A DNA stretch of 59,853 nucleotides, counting the filler, from Sphacelaria rigidula (lineage: Eukaryota): the NCBI GenBank assembly GCA_964200075.2. It is 9 parts of 9 records of this genome, joined end to end, with 100 filler letters (N's around TTAATTAATTAA, not from the genome) between each part and the next. Parts side by side here need not be neighbours in the genome. Positions count along the whole stretch, not along the records: positions 33,310 to 39,870 come from CAXNAA020019340.1; positions 39,971 to 46,531 come from CAXNAA020019341.1; positions 46,632 to 53,192 come from CAXNAA020019342.1; 6 more parts are not named here. One strand, written 5' to 3'. Under the pieces are notes generated by a model that saw nothing but the letters and a program-made list of their open reading frames with translations, did not search any database and was not told where the DNA came from. A program made the position numbers and the translations under genes. Below, one piece after another: positions 35,909 to 49,806 of the stretch (position 1 is the stretch's first letter; the number at the start of each line of letters is the position of its first letter).

Positions 35909-37413
35909 GGCAAATACGTACATACGTAGTATATATATAGAGAATATTTCGAACTCACGAGCGTCAAACATACTTTGTAACGAGGCGTCCACGAAATGTT
36001 TTGCTGATTTTAGTGTCAAGTTCCTCCGCTCCCGCCCCGGGAGATGACTGTTCAGGCCAATGCCAATGCTAGGAGCCCGGTTAGCGGATTCGTGCTTTAC
36101 TTTGTGCGGGGGTACGCGTGCGTTCGCGACCGTTCGAACGCACGCGCGATTGCGGTGGTCCTGCAATGTTTCCGGCGGGCATGAATATTTCGAGAGGGGA
36201 TCTATTCTCACGAGGGCTTGGCAAGGCAAGAATACCGAGACCCTCGGAAAAGACGGACGGGACCGGGGCGCAGCCCCGGGTCCCGTGCGGCTTGTATATA
36301 TATATATATATATATATATCTTTCGTGCCTTGTGTTGACATTTCCAGGTCCTCACGTTTCTTTGCTTCCCATCGCGGGAGAAGAGATACTGTAGGTAGGT
36401 GCGGAAGCAGTGAAACGAACCGTGCTCGAAGCCACCATCACTGTCTTGTTAAGTATTTACGGAGGTGATGAAGTCTCAGTACAGCATGACTTGTGCTGCG
36501 GAGGAATCCCATGGTTCATGCATGTGAAGGCAGACGTAACGCTCAGAGAGATTCCGCGTTTGTAATTGCGCTCGAGAAAAAGCAACCCCTCCTTTTCAGG
36601 CAGGTTGTAATAGATTCGTCGATTACCCGGGAATCGAGAATTAAAAGTTCCGGAGGACATCACTTACGAAAAATCTCGCGTGAAGTGCGTGCTGGATTTT
36701 TCGTCTTCGGACTTTATTTTTGCTCCGGATTGATACCATGCACACTATCGAGCATTAATATTGTACACTTTTCTCTCTTATGGAGGCCCTTGGTCCACGG
36801 GTACAACGTAGCAGTACTGTGATACATGTTCATGTCGTATTCGTGGTTGATGTTACCATGGGTCATTATCCACTGGTCGACGTTTGGTTATTGATCTTCT
36901 GTCTTATCAGTCTGCTTGGTAATGCGTATCTGGTCGTTTGGGTATAACGGTTTCAGTGGCGGTGCTACAGTCCGGATTATTGTATATTAAAACGTAGGCG
37001 ATGACATTGCAAACAAGAAAGAAGACGACAGAGTTATTTTTTCATACAAAAAATGAGTCAAAATATTCCCATTCTGGGCGCTTTTCGAGTCCCAGTCCAC
37101 TGGTAAATTCCTCGACCAGGGAAACGTGGTCCACCTAGACGAACGGGGTCGAAATACGGCCATATTCGGACCGACTGATTTTTTTGCAGCCGTTGGGCCA
37201 CATAGAGGCAAGCCGCAACTATTAAACAAGAACTACGTTTTGATAAAAACCGCCAAGGGAAGCGAAAAAATGAGTGAATAACTCGGTATCGTTCAGGGCC
37301 CGTACAAACACAAACGAGCAGACTTATGGGATACAGGAAGTATGAGCATCCGTCCTGGAATAGTCCCTCAAAACGTGCTCAAATTGTTAGGTCTGGTCGA
37401 GCTACATACGTAC

Positions 37414-37552
37414 CTCTCCCTATTGATATAACGTTCACGGTCAGGCGATCAATACCCCCTACCCCTCCCGCCGTCTCTTCCACCGATCCATCACTCTTGA
37501 CAATGGTGAACAGGTTTTCCGGCGCTACCGGCAAACATTTATCGACATTTTG
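37414..37552 (-). CDS. Possible internal exon of an unknown protein
   Basis: Pyrimidine-rich CAG acceptor, a single open frame QNVDKCLPVAPENLFTIVKSDGSVEETAGG..., and an AG|GTACGT donor. Confidence 0.35.
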
Positions 37553-37911
37553 CTGGGCAAGGATAAAGGCGAGGAAACTGGCGATGAAAAGGGCTCGTCT
37601 GCGGCAACGGATATCTCTGAGTGGGCGCCCAGGCAGTTCGTGTGCCCCATCACGCAGGTGAGATTCAACACTCAATAATCAAGTATCAAAATATACTCGA
37701 ACGTTGCTCTTTTTTCTTTGCCATGCGGGTTTGTCTCGTACGAGCTACAATCTGTCAAATCATGTCGTTTTCATCCAATCTCATTCCAGTTGACGCTTGA
37801 AACAATACCCTGTGCTGTACTGCAGTGGCGCGGGTTTTCTTCATATTTGTTCGCGCGACTTGCAGCTCGTTTTTTTTCTTTTCTTTTATCAAGTTAACAG
37901 GGGGTTCATTG

Positions 37912-38170
37912 CAAGGTTCGGACGAATGATTGATTCGTCCGGAAATTGCTTGATTCTAGTGTAATTGATTCGCACGGTACGAATCAATCCTTACGCTTCG
38001 TTTTCAGCGTTGCAACCCAGGTACGCGAAGCCCAGGCACGTGGAATAGCGCAAAAGTCGCGTGGAAACCTTTTTGACCAGCGGTCGATTTTTGTTCTCTC
38101 CTTCAATTCATCAGGCCTAAGGAATCGTGGATTTGGTGATTCGAATCGGCGATGATTCGTCCGAACCGTG
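37912..38170. mobile_element. hAT-like MITE (259 bp)
   Basis: TIR CA(A/C)GGTTCGGACGAAT at both ends (13 bp perfect). The 8-bp flanks GTTCATTG and GCTCGTTG differ by two transitions, consistent with an aged 8-bp TSD. Confidence 0.75.
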
Positions 38171-39707
38171 GCTCGTTGTATGTTTTACACGGGGTCCATT
38201 GTATGTTCTGTATCTGTTGGCCGTGAGTTTTTCTTTCGCAGGCGAAGGGGAAAAGTGGCGGGGGCGGAAATCTTTACTGCAGACACTACTTGATCATTTG
38301 CTGTTTGTGTAATTGCTTCTTCAACCCGACCATGAGAAGATTATATGTCATCATACTACCAGTGTTGGAGCCAGTAGTTGCAGGAGGAGCATCTATCTTC
38401 CCGGTGTAGAGGTCTCCTGGGATATTGGTGTCCTCCAAGCTTCACCGGGGCAAGATGCTTTTGAACGAAATCATTGGCTCGTTTCGACTGAGGATGGCAA
38501 CCAAATTATGGAATTGTGCTGTAGTGATTGAAATTCGCCCCAAGTAGTTGTCAGCGTAATGTGTGTGTGTGTGTGTGTGCTCAACGGATATCTCAACACG
38601 GCGGGAAAACATGGTAGTGACGCAGGTGCAGTGAAATGGTCTAGACTTCGATTTGCTTCTTTTTCTCCAATTTACTCATGTTTGAACTGATTTTTGGTGC
38701 GGCCGGGATACGTGAAAATTTGCAGGGGCTGATGATGGACCCTGCTGTCGCGGCGGATGGACACAGGTATGCTAAGCAGGCACTGTGGTCGTGTGTTAGT
38801 ACGTAGATTTTTGTTGGGTTTGTTTTGTACTTTTCTCGCGCCCCAGTGCTCGGGTCGAGTCCCTAGTTGTCCCAAGGATCACCCTGTCTCTCTCCCGGGA
38901 TTTGCGCCATGATTTTTGTTTGGGAGTTGAAATGTCATTACCGCGGCTCGTCGACCTTCCTCCAATTCCGTTGCTTTCCACGATCAACAATGTTTTCGTG
39001 AGATGGAGAGTAGAGCGTTGATCGGGAGTGGGTTTTATCGTTCGCTTTTACTCGACCAATTTTCCATTCTGTGTGTGATTTCTTTGCCAATAACACTGGC
39101 GTGTGCTTACAGCTACACCTCGATACGCTACTCAGGGACAACAACGGCTTCGGTGGCTTGCGCCCACAACAAGCGTATAGGGCCGCCTGGAGGGTCATTT
39201 CGGAACTGAAACTATTCACCTATTTGTCCACCGCGTCTCACTCTCAATCGCATCTTCTACACTTAATCTCACGAAAACACAGTCAGTTGTTCATTTTTCG
39301 TTGCTTATTTCGAACTGCGAACACGAGAAAGAAAATACTGCTTCTTGTCTGGATGCGAGCTAACAGAATCCATCCAAATTCATGTCGGTGCATAATTCGG
39401 TGCCAATTTTACCACCGAGGCATGGCACTTCGTAGTGCGCTGTGTGTTCACGTCAGCAAAACCTATGACAGCACGGAGGTTACTAGATTTTTACTGCAAG
39501 ACCATGCGCATATTGGAAGATCCAGCCATGAATATTCAAATCAGCACAATTGGGTCACTAGAAAATGTCTATTTGGTAAGGTAAGGCTGATAAACTTCAG
39601 CACCGTCGCCGTGAGTCATGGTATCGGACGTCGCATTTTTTGTGGAAAATAATCTAGCATATCTGCATCATGCTATGTGGCTGATGATAACACGGTGACA
39701 TGCATAG

Positions 39708-39870
39708 CCCCCCCCCTCCCCCGCTCCGTCTCGAAAGGGATGCGTGGATGCGTGGTCAATGGTCAAATGACTAAGGCAAGCAACAAATGAGTACGCCCCC
39801 TCTCTATTAGGAGTAGGAACGGTGCTCCGTCTCGAAAGGGATGCGTGGTCAATGGTCACACGACTAAGGC
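39708..39870 (+). mobile_element. Tandem LINE family 1 3' ends at a contig end
   Basis: Two head-to-tail copies of CTCCGTCTCGAAAGGGATGCGTGG...GACTAAGGC separated by GAGTACGCCCCC. Confidence 0.9.
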
Positions 39871-40884
39871 NNNNNNNNNNNNNNNNNNNNNNNNNNNNNN
39901 NNNNNNNNNNNNNNTTAATTAATTAANNNNNNNNNNNNNNNNNNNNNNNNNNNNNNNNNNNNNNNNNNNNGAACGGGGCTCGGGCCGGAAGGGGAGGTGA
40001 GGTAGATGGCAAAACGACTGAGGCAAGCAACACATGAGAACGCCCCCCCCCCTCCGCTGCACCCTTCCCCTCCCCTGGCGTCCTCTTGATTCTATCTCGC
40101 GTGCTGTCGCCGCGTGCTCTCTCTCGATTCCCCCTTCGAACTTGTCGTTCAGGGTGATTTTGACGCCTTCGATCTTGACGACGTAGACACCGCTTTCGGC
40201 AGGTTCAAGACGCTCAAGTACTCGCAACATCTGACATTCTCGGTGAGCAGTCGCCGTTCGTTCACTTCCATTTTATGATTCACTGTCTTGTCTTCTGTTC
40301 CTAGACCGCGGCTGGATTCGGAGTCGATGATATCACTTTCACACGCTGGACAGTAGATTGCGTTATCCAGGGTGTGATCGCTTCATGTGTTGATGTCAGA
40401 TGACCGGCGCGTGGAGGTTTATCTACCAGGAAGTCGATCAGTACGAGTGAAGAGCAGCCGCTTGTTCGTCACAGCAGTTCGTCAGTGCTCGTCATCGGGT
40501 GGGCGAAGTTTTATAACAAATTTCCGGGTGATGACGAGATGGCGTTGTGTGTTTGTCGTACGTTCTTTCGGGTTGCGTTTTCCTCTTCTCCGTGCCGTAT
40601 TCCCGATTATTAATTGGAAATGTGGGAAGACTCACCCTACGATTGGGGGGGAGGGGGCGATTGTTCAAGATTGGGGGAGGGGGGGGGTACTTTGGGCCAC
40701 TTCGTGCACGAAATTCCCAGTCAAATCGTCGTTGAAAGCAGCGACGGTTGTTCGAACGAGCTTGTTATAGATATACGACCTTCATTCATACTGCTTGGCA
40801 CCGTTTGTAACCAAATGCAAGCGCAAACGGCAGCGTGGCAGGTCGTCTGACACACCTATGGGCCTATTCTTTTGTGCAATCAAA

Positions 40885-41008
40885 TGGGCGCCGGAATGTT
40901 GGAGGTGTCTCTATTAGGAGTAGCAACGATGCTCCGTCTCGAAAGGGATGCGTGGTCAATGGTCAAACAACTAAGGCAATCAACAAATGAGTATGCCCCC
41001 CCCCCCCT
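40885..41008 (+). mobile_element. LINE family 1 3' end with poly(C) tail
   Basis: ATGTTGGAGGTGTCTCTATTAGGAGTAG...AACAAATGAGTATG followed by a C-run. Confidence 0.9.
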
Positions 41009-42755
41009 CTTATCATAGGATAACTCAGAAGCGTTTTGTGAAGGAGTCAGCCGTGTGTCAGCCGTGTATACACTTGTGTTCATTCATGTTTCCTGGTAGT
41101 GCGGCTATGCACGCGACTTGTGTCCATGTACCGCGGTGCTCCAGGGAAACGGCGAGGTCGGTGAGAAAAGTATCCTGTTTTATGATGATCGCACAGAGTA
41201 TTGTCGCGTGCAGAGAAAAATCAACGGTACTGCTCTCGGTTTGCTGTATCTGGTACTGTTATGGATAAGTGCTCCGAATTCATGTCTAGCCTCGTATTTT
41301 CCAACGTGAAGGACACAAACGCGATGGCTGGCCACTGAAAAAACATACATCAACGTCGGTCTCCTTGACTATTTTGTTTTCACCCTTTTGCTATGAACAA
41401 ATAAAAAAACACACGAGTACCAGCATTTTGTCATCCGTGGCACACGACTCCGTCGACAGAAGAAGGAACGGAGAGAGAGAGACCTGACGACTCGTCAGAA
41501 ACCCGCGAGGAATCCCCCACCCCTCGCCCGCACTCCCTCCCGGAAATGAAATGAAGAGGAATTAAACCCCTGAGCGTACATACCGCGATGGTACTCGAAA
41601 CGCCTACAATATCATGATTCGCTTAAGCATCTCCAGGCCTATGCACTACTTAGTTGCTGCGTTGAAAGACCTTGGCTACCTCCTCCGTCAGACCAATATT
41701 TCTGTAGTTGCAGACAACCGTTCCACCCCCTACCCCGTTAGCCCACGACTGCCTTGCAGACGCTAAAATTTGATACGGCACGTTGCGTTTCGTTTCGTTG
41801 CTGGGATTGATCGCGGGCGGGCGTTGCGTAGGGCCGAGGGGCGGGTGTGACGATCACTCCCTACGCGGCGGGAAGGATGATTGGTGCGGCGGTGTGGCGC
41901 GTGTCCTGGCAAACGGAAGATAATGACATTGTATACGCCACCGCTTACAACCACAAGCCGGAGAGGTGAGCGGGGACGCTCGTCACATTTACCTGTGTGT
42001 CCAGATGTATGTGTGTGTCTTCGCACGAGAGATGCCTGGCGTATTGATGCACAAGTGTCAGTGTGAGTGCTAACTACCCAGAGGAGGGGTGAGCTGCCAG
42101 AAGTAAGCGTCTGTCACGGACTCATCACCTCTTCATTGTATCATGTGCATGTATGTGAGCGTTGTGTATGTAAGCATGTACGTAGGTATGTATTGTATGC
42201 ATGTTTCTGTAGGTGTACTGATACGTATCTATGGGGTGTATCTATGAATATATATCTATTTATGCATCAACATAATGTATAGGAGGAGGTGGATTTTGTT
42301 TTCAAGGTCATGTTTTCAATTAAAAAAAAATGAACAAAATTACTGGCTCTTGTATTCCAGGCCCTGCCTTCACACATGGGTGATTGATGGTGCCGTGCGT
42401 TTGTCTAGTGTGGGGGGACAAAATACAGTACAATATGTATCGTATTATACCTCCTTATATGTTGCAGTGCCATGCTTGGAGAGCATGTGCAGTCGTGAAG
42501 CCCCGCCGGCCTGAGTGACTTAATATGCTCACGTTACACGCTTATGAGGACATGATACGCGTCACCTGGAAGGTGAAACGCTACCTCACTACATCCAGCC
42601 CGCACCGCCTGTTGATCGCACACTCTCTTTCCCCACCGTTGTCGTCGTTTGTTCATGTCGTGTATACACAGTCACACAGAAGTATGCTTATTTTTCGTGT
42701 GCAACTTGAGAGTCGAACGGAACCCCCCCCGCGCCCTCAAACCAACTAAAATCAG

Positions 42756-45700
42756 ACATTTGCGGCCCTCAGCGCTGAGCGTGCTGACACGGCCCAACGT
42801 GCTCATCACCGACGCGCACAACGCCATGATGGAGGTGGATAGCCGCAAGGCACGAGAGGCGAAGTTGATCACGACCATCATGGATACCGTGCGCGGCGGA
42901 GGGAACGTCCTGTTGCCCACAGATACTGCTGGTGAGAGTTCAAGAGAGACACCCAAAGGCACAAAAAAGAAGAAGGAAAGGCAGGGCAGACATACGCGCA
43001 GACAGAAACTCAAGCTACAAGATGTGCTCGATTTTGTTTTCCCCAGAGAACTCAACCTGTCGAAAATCGCACCCAAATTATCTGTGTGAACCATGATGGG
43101 CTGGATCGCACACGCCGTGCTGTGACTTTCCACTAACGTCCACCCTTTTGCCCACGAGACCTCAAAACCATGATTCCTACCCTAATGACGCTTGCTCTTT
43201 TTGTGCTACCCTTTTTAGTCCTACATGGAGGTTGAGCGGGCGGTGGGGCTTATGATGTGCTTCTCATTGTAGAACACATGATATCAAATGCAGGAGAATA
43301 TGTAGTACAGTGTACAAAGTACAGGGAAAAAACGGTTTTTAGCGGTTTTTCGCGAACAAATTGCGGTATACTCGAGCATGAAACACGTTCGGATTTCTGG
43401 GCATAGGTTTCGTGACCTCTTTCGAACCCAGACTTATTTGCCAGTGGCTTGACACTAGCGTCGGCTTTGAACCCGCGATTTTTTTTCCTCGTGCGCTCCT
43501 GCGCTCTTGCTTCTGGGCTTGTCGCCTCGTTCTTGGGACTGTATCTCGACAAGCACATGTCACTTTCTCCTGTAACGTATTCTCGGCCAAGATTTTGGTT
43601 ATTTTGTTCGTTCATCGTTGGGAGGACAGGCCATGGGGAGACGGGGAGAAACGAGGAAAAAGAAAAAAAACGAAGTATGTGTGTGGGAGAGAGACAGATG
43701 AACAAAGACAGATACAGACAAAGAGACAGCGAACCAGAAGACACCACCGCACACGAAACAGCAGTGCTCTGCAATGTCATCGCACTTTTTGACGCAGTAC
43801 ATTCGATCTCTACCGAACAGAGCGCCCAGTTCGATGCACAGGAATATCAATATATATATATATATACATATGTGTACATATTCATCTGTATGGATGATCT
43901 TTTGGAGTGGAAGGCGAATCTCGGGTGCAAGTTTACCCGACTGTGGTGTCGATCCGTCCAGCAGTTTTTTCTCCCCCCCTGTGTGCAGATGCAGATACAT
44001 AGGACTGAAATCACCTCGCACGATCTCGGAAACACCGCACAACAAGCAAGGCACACCTCCGCAGGCCTGGGGACGCGACAATATAATTTGCCAGTGAACC
44101 CCCCAAACTTTTGGATCATCCGTGAATAAGAAAATAACCGACGATCAAAATAGAAACTCCACGTGAAAGGCTTACTCTTGATGGTGTGTTGGTGTGTACG
44201 CCACGGTGTTAACCACGTGTTGCCGAAGAAGATGCTGTAGTCGTCCCCAAGTCGAAGAAAATCCTGTCGAGGCTCGCTCACTTTGTTCGTGGTAATTTGG
44301 CGGGAAGTCGATCAGAATTTGGTCTTATCGGCATGTGCATCCGGCTTCGTAACATGGTGACCTGTCGGGGATGCCGCGGGCTTTTGTCTATGGTCCCAGG
44401 ATCCAACGAGAAGTCAGGGTATCGATAACTTCGGGACTGATCTTTTCTAGTTGTCGCTGTCGGAGCGGACGTTGCCGTGACCCAGGTGTCTGTCTCCTGA
44501 TTGATCTATGGTGCGTGCTGCAACATCAATCTATGGCACGCACACTTGAGATGTTGCTGACTTACTTCCACAAAATAAAGTAAAAAACGATGAAGATCTT
44601 GAATACAATGAAATCTGGGTTTCAAGAAAATGATTATGTTCAAACGAAGTCGCACAGACGCCGGAGGAAGATATGTTTGTCGTGAAGTTTTTTTGTTTTT
44701 GTTTTTTCATATCATGCAGGTACAAGTATATAGATTGTTTGTGTATACTTATATACTATTCTTTTTCTTGAGCAGGCCGCGTGCTGGAGCTTTTGGTGCT
44801 GCTGGACGAGCACTGGCGCAAGCATCGCCTCGGCAGCTACAAGCTCGTTTTGTTGCACAATACTGCCTTCAACACGGCGGAGTTCGCCAAGAGCCAGGTG
44901 TGCAATGCTGTAATGGTGGGTATGTTCATCGTGCTACAGTCGCACGTGGCGTGATCCCCGACCACCACAGCGAACGGACACAGGATAGAAATGGTGCAAA
45001 ACACTTAATCGGATACCTCTTGGTTGGGGGGGCGGGGGAGGGGGGGAAGGGGAAGGAGGGCTCTTTCTATTTTCGTAAAATGAAGCAACGTTGTCGGCCG
45101 TCTGTTTGCCGAGTGGAATAGAGGCTTTTGTTGTCCTGATTGGTGAGATACTGATGCATGGCATTGATGCAAAAGGGCCACACATCGGCAGTCAGTATAA
45201 TTCAAGTCGTTTTGAATCCCTTCCCTCATTTCTTTGTTGTATGTAATGTAATTTCGGGAAGGAGGGGTGCACCCTGAAAAACTGAAATAAATATGAGCTT
45301 GTTTCAGGCAAATATATGTAGGGTTGTATTCTGGTACTGTCGAGTTGAAAGAGTCATGCATTTTTCATTTTTTTACTTGTTTCCTGGGGGGATAAAGTTT
45401 CTCATACATGATAATTCATACACTTCGTGGTTCTTTGCTTATCGGCTGCCACTTTTGTGTGACAGATGACGGAGCTGAAACAAATTTGGCTGCTGATTTG
45501 TTCGATGCTGTGTTCTTCGGGAGGAAGGGGGGATAAGGGGACCAATAGAGTGTTATTGGGTGATCTAGTCGTCTCTCTCCCCTCCTCCCCCCCCCTCTCG
45601 CGACATTTGTTCGACCTCCCCCGTGCTTTTACCGTATCGTTTTTATCTCCTGTTCGTGTGCACAGCTTGAATGGATGAGTAACGACATCGGCCGGGCGTT

Positions 45701-45791
45701 TGACCTACAGCGGAGCAACCCGTTCGAGCTGCGTAGCGTACACGTCATTCACACCCTGGAAGAGCTTGACGAGCTCGGGGAAGACCCCAGG
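42756..45791 (+). CDS. CPSF2: Cleavage and polyadenylation specificity factor subunit 2 (CPSF100), internal exons 42756-42931, 44776-44897, 45666-45791
   Basis: Phase-consistent GT-AG exons give [23 protein letters not shown]...[27 protein letters not shown]...[32 protein letters not shown]. This matches the CPSF100 MBL/beta-CASP segment (RPSLLITD...GNVLIAVDTAGRVLEL...EFSKSQVEWMSD). Confidence 0.93.
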
Positions 45792-46631
45792 GTGAGCAAA
45801 TAGCCCGTAAAATAAACACGAATTTGATGCATCACCGATAAAAGATCATTAACCATACTAAACACCGGCAAGATATATCTCTGCTACGAGACAGCAGAGT
45901 ACGTTTTGACAGTTTAAAGCAGTAGGTGCGTGTGCACATATACATATGTGTATATGATAACCAGCTTCAATCACCAAGTGAAAAGTTGAAATAAGAACTC
46001 TTCGTGCGGTAATTTACCCTTGGAGTTTTTTTTTTCTGCGTCGTCATCCTTCACATCGCCCCCCTTCCTTGGGGCGAGTTCGTAGTGTAATGGTCTCATG
46101 AGGTCAACTCATCTCTCCCCAGGTCAAGTATCAAGCTATCGAAGTTTGTACAGAAAGTGCTCTACTGCGTACACAAACAAGCATATCATCGTTGCACGTA
46201 TTGTGTGGGGTTCGTCGAGGACACGTATGCCTCCCCTGTTTGCCGTTTCAGTGCTTGTGCCCTCTACCTAATGACCAAAAATCGCGGATAGCCGAGTCGC
46301 AACCTGCTTCTACGACCTTGTTCGTGTACGAACCTTCCTGCCTGGGGTCCTGGCGTGAGCGTGAAGGTGTGTTACCTAGAGCAGTTCACCGTCTGGCGTC
46401 TCTCGTCAGGCCATGCTCCTTGTTTCGCTTTTTTTTGTAATTTTTGCTCTCGTCGTTTTTTTTGTAATTTTTGGTGTTTTCCTTCATCGCTCTTGTGCCT
46501 TCCACCCCGCTGCTCCCCCCTCTCCTCACCTNNNNNNNNNNNNNNNNNNNNNNNNNNNNNNNNNNNNNNNNNNNNTTAATTAATTAANNNNNNNNNNNNN
46601 NNNNNNNNNNNNNNNNNNNNNNNNNNNNNNN

Positions 46632-46775
46632 GGGATCCCTAGCCTTCCGTTCCCCCAAAGGGTACGTGCGAAAGCACGATTTTTGGGCCAAAAAACGTCT
46701 TCTTTTTACCCCGAAATCGAGGCAAAAGTGTGCTTTCGTACATACCCTTTGGAGGAACGGAAGGCTAGAAATCCC
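46632..46775. repeat. Palindromic (fold-back) element with ~52-bp arms
   Basis: GGGATCCCTAGCCTTCCGTTCCCCCAAAGGGTACGTGCGAAAGCAC versus the reverse complement of the right arm GGGATTTCTAGCCTTCCGTTCCTCCAAAGGGTATGTACGAAAGCAC. Confidence 0.9.
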
Positions 46776-48439
46776 TCGAAATAGTTTCAGGAAGGTCGGG
46801 AGGGATGGGGTGGTCCATATGAAGGGCATTTATCATGAATTTAGGTCAGGTAAAGCACGGCTTTTAAGTCGAACCTCACTATTCTTTTCCAACCCCATTT
46901 TCGAGAATCCACTGCTACTTTTTCCTGGAACTCGTGCTATTTTTCCTCCATTTCTAGTTCACCTATTCTCCATTTGCACAACTTCCTACTCCACCCATTT
47001 CTTTCAGCTCTCGTCTGTCGAGGGGTGGCGGGGGGGTGGCGTAACACTCAATCCCCACAGGAGCTATACCCGCCTCGCCAACGGCCATTTGTTTTTAGTA
47101 AAAACGAGATTTTCAAGGTAAAAAGTTACGAACGTCGACAGTCTGCCGTTAACGGAGGCCAGAAAAGCAGAAATTCTCAAAACAAAATTCTCAAAAAAAT
47201 CTCAAATTCCCGCCAAAATTCCCACTTTTTGACCCACTAATTCTCGTTAATTTCGATTCAGATTTTTTTATTTCGTTCAACGAGCATCACCATGTCAACA
47301 GCTTTTAAAAAAACCTAACCATAGCGTCGTGGGCAACTCCATTGGCGATATACGATCTTTCCCCATAACGGACTTTACTTATGGGACAGAGGAAGTACAA
47401 GAGTAAGGAGAGAGGCCCACGCATCATGCATATCGAATATAACTACCGTAGGATGGAAGTTCCTCTAAATATCACATCAGAGTATACTAAAGCTCGGAAG
47501 GAAGAAAAAAAAATCGACAATATACAAAGAAGGTACGCCCGGGTGCTTTTGGAACAAAATAGAGTAATGCATTCTTCGGTTTGGGGCGCGGCGTTACACG
47601 CGGGCTGAGCACCTCAAAAACACATTCCAGTGCCGCAGCCCCACGCCCAAGGTTTCTGAGCAGCACGCCCGACCATTTTTTCATTTTCAAAGGTGATACA
47701 AGGCTCAACTACGGCGCCAGAATGTCATTGTGCGGGGAGGTTGGAGAAGGACATCTGATTGTACAGCCTACGAGATCGGATTCGGACGTCTTCTTCTTTC
47801 AATCCGGGATCGGATCCACGATCTTGGTCCCCCATGCGCGAATTACCGATCCCGCGACCGGCTGGTGTTCGGCGTGGTGTCGTCAGATGATGCCGTTCGG
47901 GCGTGTGTGTTCCGGCAAGACTTTTCACACATGTTCGTTGGATGTTCGTGAACTCCGGCACATATTAAGCGTTCGCACCCTGTCTGCCTCGTCTGATCTT
48001 CCGAGTCTGCGGGTCAATCAGCAGGGGATTATGTGTTCTTGGTCGTTGGGTTTTGGTCTTTTTGGCAGGGTGTAACTTGACCAAAAAATGGTTATGGTTG
48101 TGACTGTCCGGCGCATCTTCTGCGGGGCCGGCGATACGGGTACCTCTTCACAAAAAAGGGTGAAGAAGTGCGTAGCTCGTTAGCAGAAGGGGTAATAGAA
48201 AGAAGATTAGCAGAGCGAAGGGTGTACCCTCGTGGTTTGTTTACACAAAAGGGTACTCTCACAGGCTCTCACTTTCCGCGCCGTAGTTGAACCTAGTATC
48301 ACGTGTGAAAATTAAAATTAAACCACGACGAGATACAGTTCATAGGTGAAAGCGGGGGGTACAAGACGAAAGTAAGAGATATGATAAAAAAAAAGGGGAA
48401 AAGAGACGCGAGGACGGAAAGTAGACGAGGAATAACACC

Positions 48440-48967
48440 TGAGGATTTACGACAGGTTGAGAGAGAGGATAGGGGTGAAAATGTGTACGGCCCAATGGAC
48501 ACTACGAAAAAAATGAGATAGCGATTTCGGGTGGGAGACCTGGACCTGGCAGAAAGAAGAGATACACCAGTAGTCGAGAGGAGGAGGGAGTAGATGCACA
48601 AAATCGCCTCTGTGGCCTAGCAACTGAGAGTATAACTCATTTGGTGGCTGAATGTGAACTATGCAACAAGGAACGCGACGTGCTAGAGGGGGGGATATGG
48701 GAAGTGCACAAAGTTGGCACGAAATCGTCTGATACACTAGACAGTACGGAGGAAACGACGGCTATCCTAGGAGATACATGGTAGCCACAGGCGGCGAAGC
48801 AGGAGGGTAATGATATATGCGAAAGGTTATGATGTAATATATGGAAGAAACGTAATGAGCACCGAAATGTAGGAGCTGTTTCTATTGAGAGTCAGTAACG
48901 GTGCTCTATCTCCAAATGAATACTTGATCGATGGTCAAACGACTAAGGAAAGCAACAAATGAGTACG

Positions 48968-49008
<41 letters not shown>

Positions 49009-49105
49009 ACCCGAAACACCACCANNNNNNNNNNTCCCGAAATGGATTCTTTGTCGATGGTCAAACGACTAAGGAGACGAACAAACGGACACTCCCCCCC
49101 CCCCA
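48440..49105 (+). mobile_element. LINE family 1, longer decayed 3' fragment including the C-terminal CCHC zinc-knuckle region, with a ~40-nt poly(C) tail
   Basis: Reads GPMDTT...RFRVGDLDLAERR... then remnants of CPCG..ES.TH..GEC and ILGD.W. The terminus is GAGTACG followed by C40 (48968-49007). A second 3' end follows the 10-N gap at 49025-49034. Confidence 0.85.
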
Positions 49106-49806
49106 CCCAAACCTACGGTACGAACGTCTTCTTCACGCACACAAAGCCGATCACCACGAATTGTTTATATACTCCCCAGTATATAGAGAACATAGTGGCT
49201 TGTCATCTTTATCAATCCCGGGCTAAGAGGGGGCACTAAGCGCGTCCGAAACACGAAGTCTCGAAGTGCACACAGTTTAAGCTGCTTGAATTTCCCAAAA
49301 CCAATTATGATGCCGCCGTTTGTGCCCTCGTAGATGCGCCGCACATTTTTGTAATTGGTGTGTGCACCGCCTCCGGTCGTACGCATCCAGTACGAAGCCA
49401 CCGTGTGGGCAGATCGCAGTTCGAAGCCCCCTACTTATTAAAATGAACGCGATAATGGAATGACGGTGTATAGTAGTTTTCAGCTGAAATAAGGGATTTT
49501 TGTGAGTGTTTCGAAGCCGGCGATTTTCAATAGTTTTTTCGCGTGCCACCGCTCTTCCCAGTGAGCGCTTGATCCAGAAGTTCGGGATCGGGAGGCATCA
49601 GGTATCCACTCGTCATCCCGAAACGGAAACCATCTCTGCGCTCAATATTGAATGACTTACGGGCTGAATTCGAAGGGGTTGTTATGGACCGTTTTGGTCC
49701 AAAACACGTGTCTTTTCAGTTCTACCGCAATGAATAGGTAGAAGGAAGAAACAATGGTCTGTAAAATTATTTATGAGAGCGATCGGAGTGAGTTTACCCC
49801 CCCCCC

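Noticed and set aside
40060..40340. Possible copia gag-like fragment on the minus strand (VNERRLL...IEGVKITLNDKF)
   Set aside because: Too degenerate to support without a profile search.
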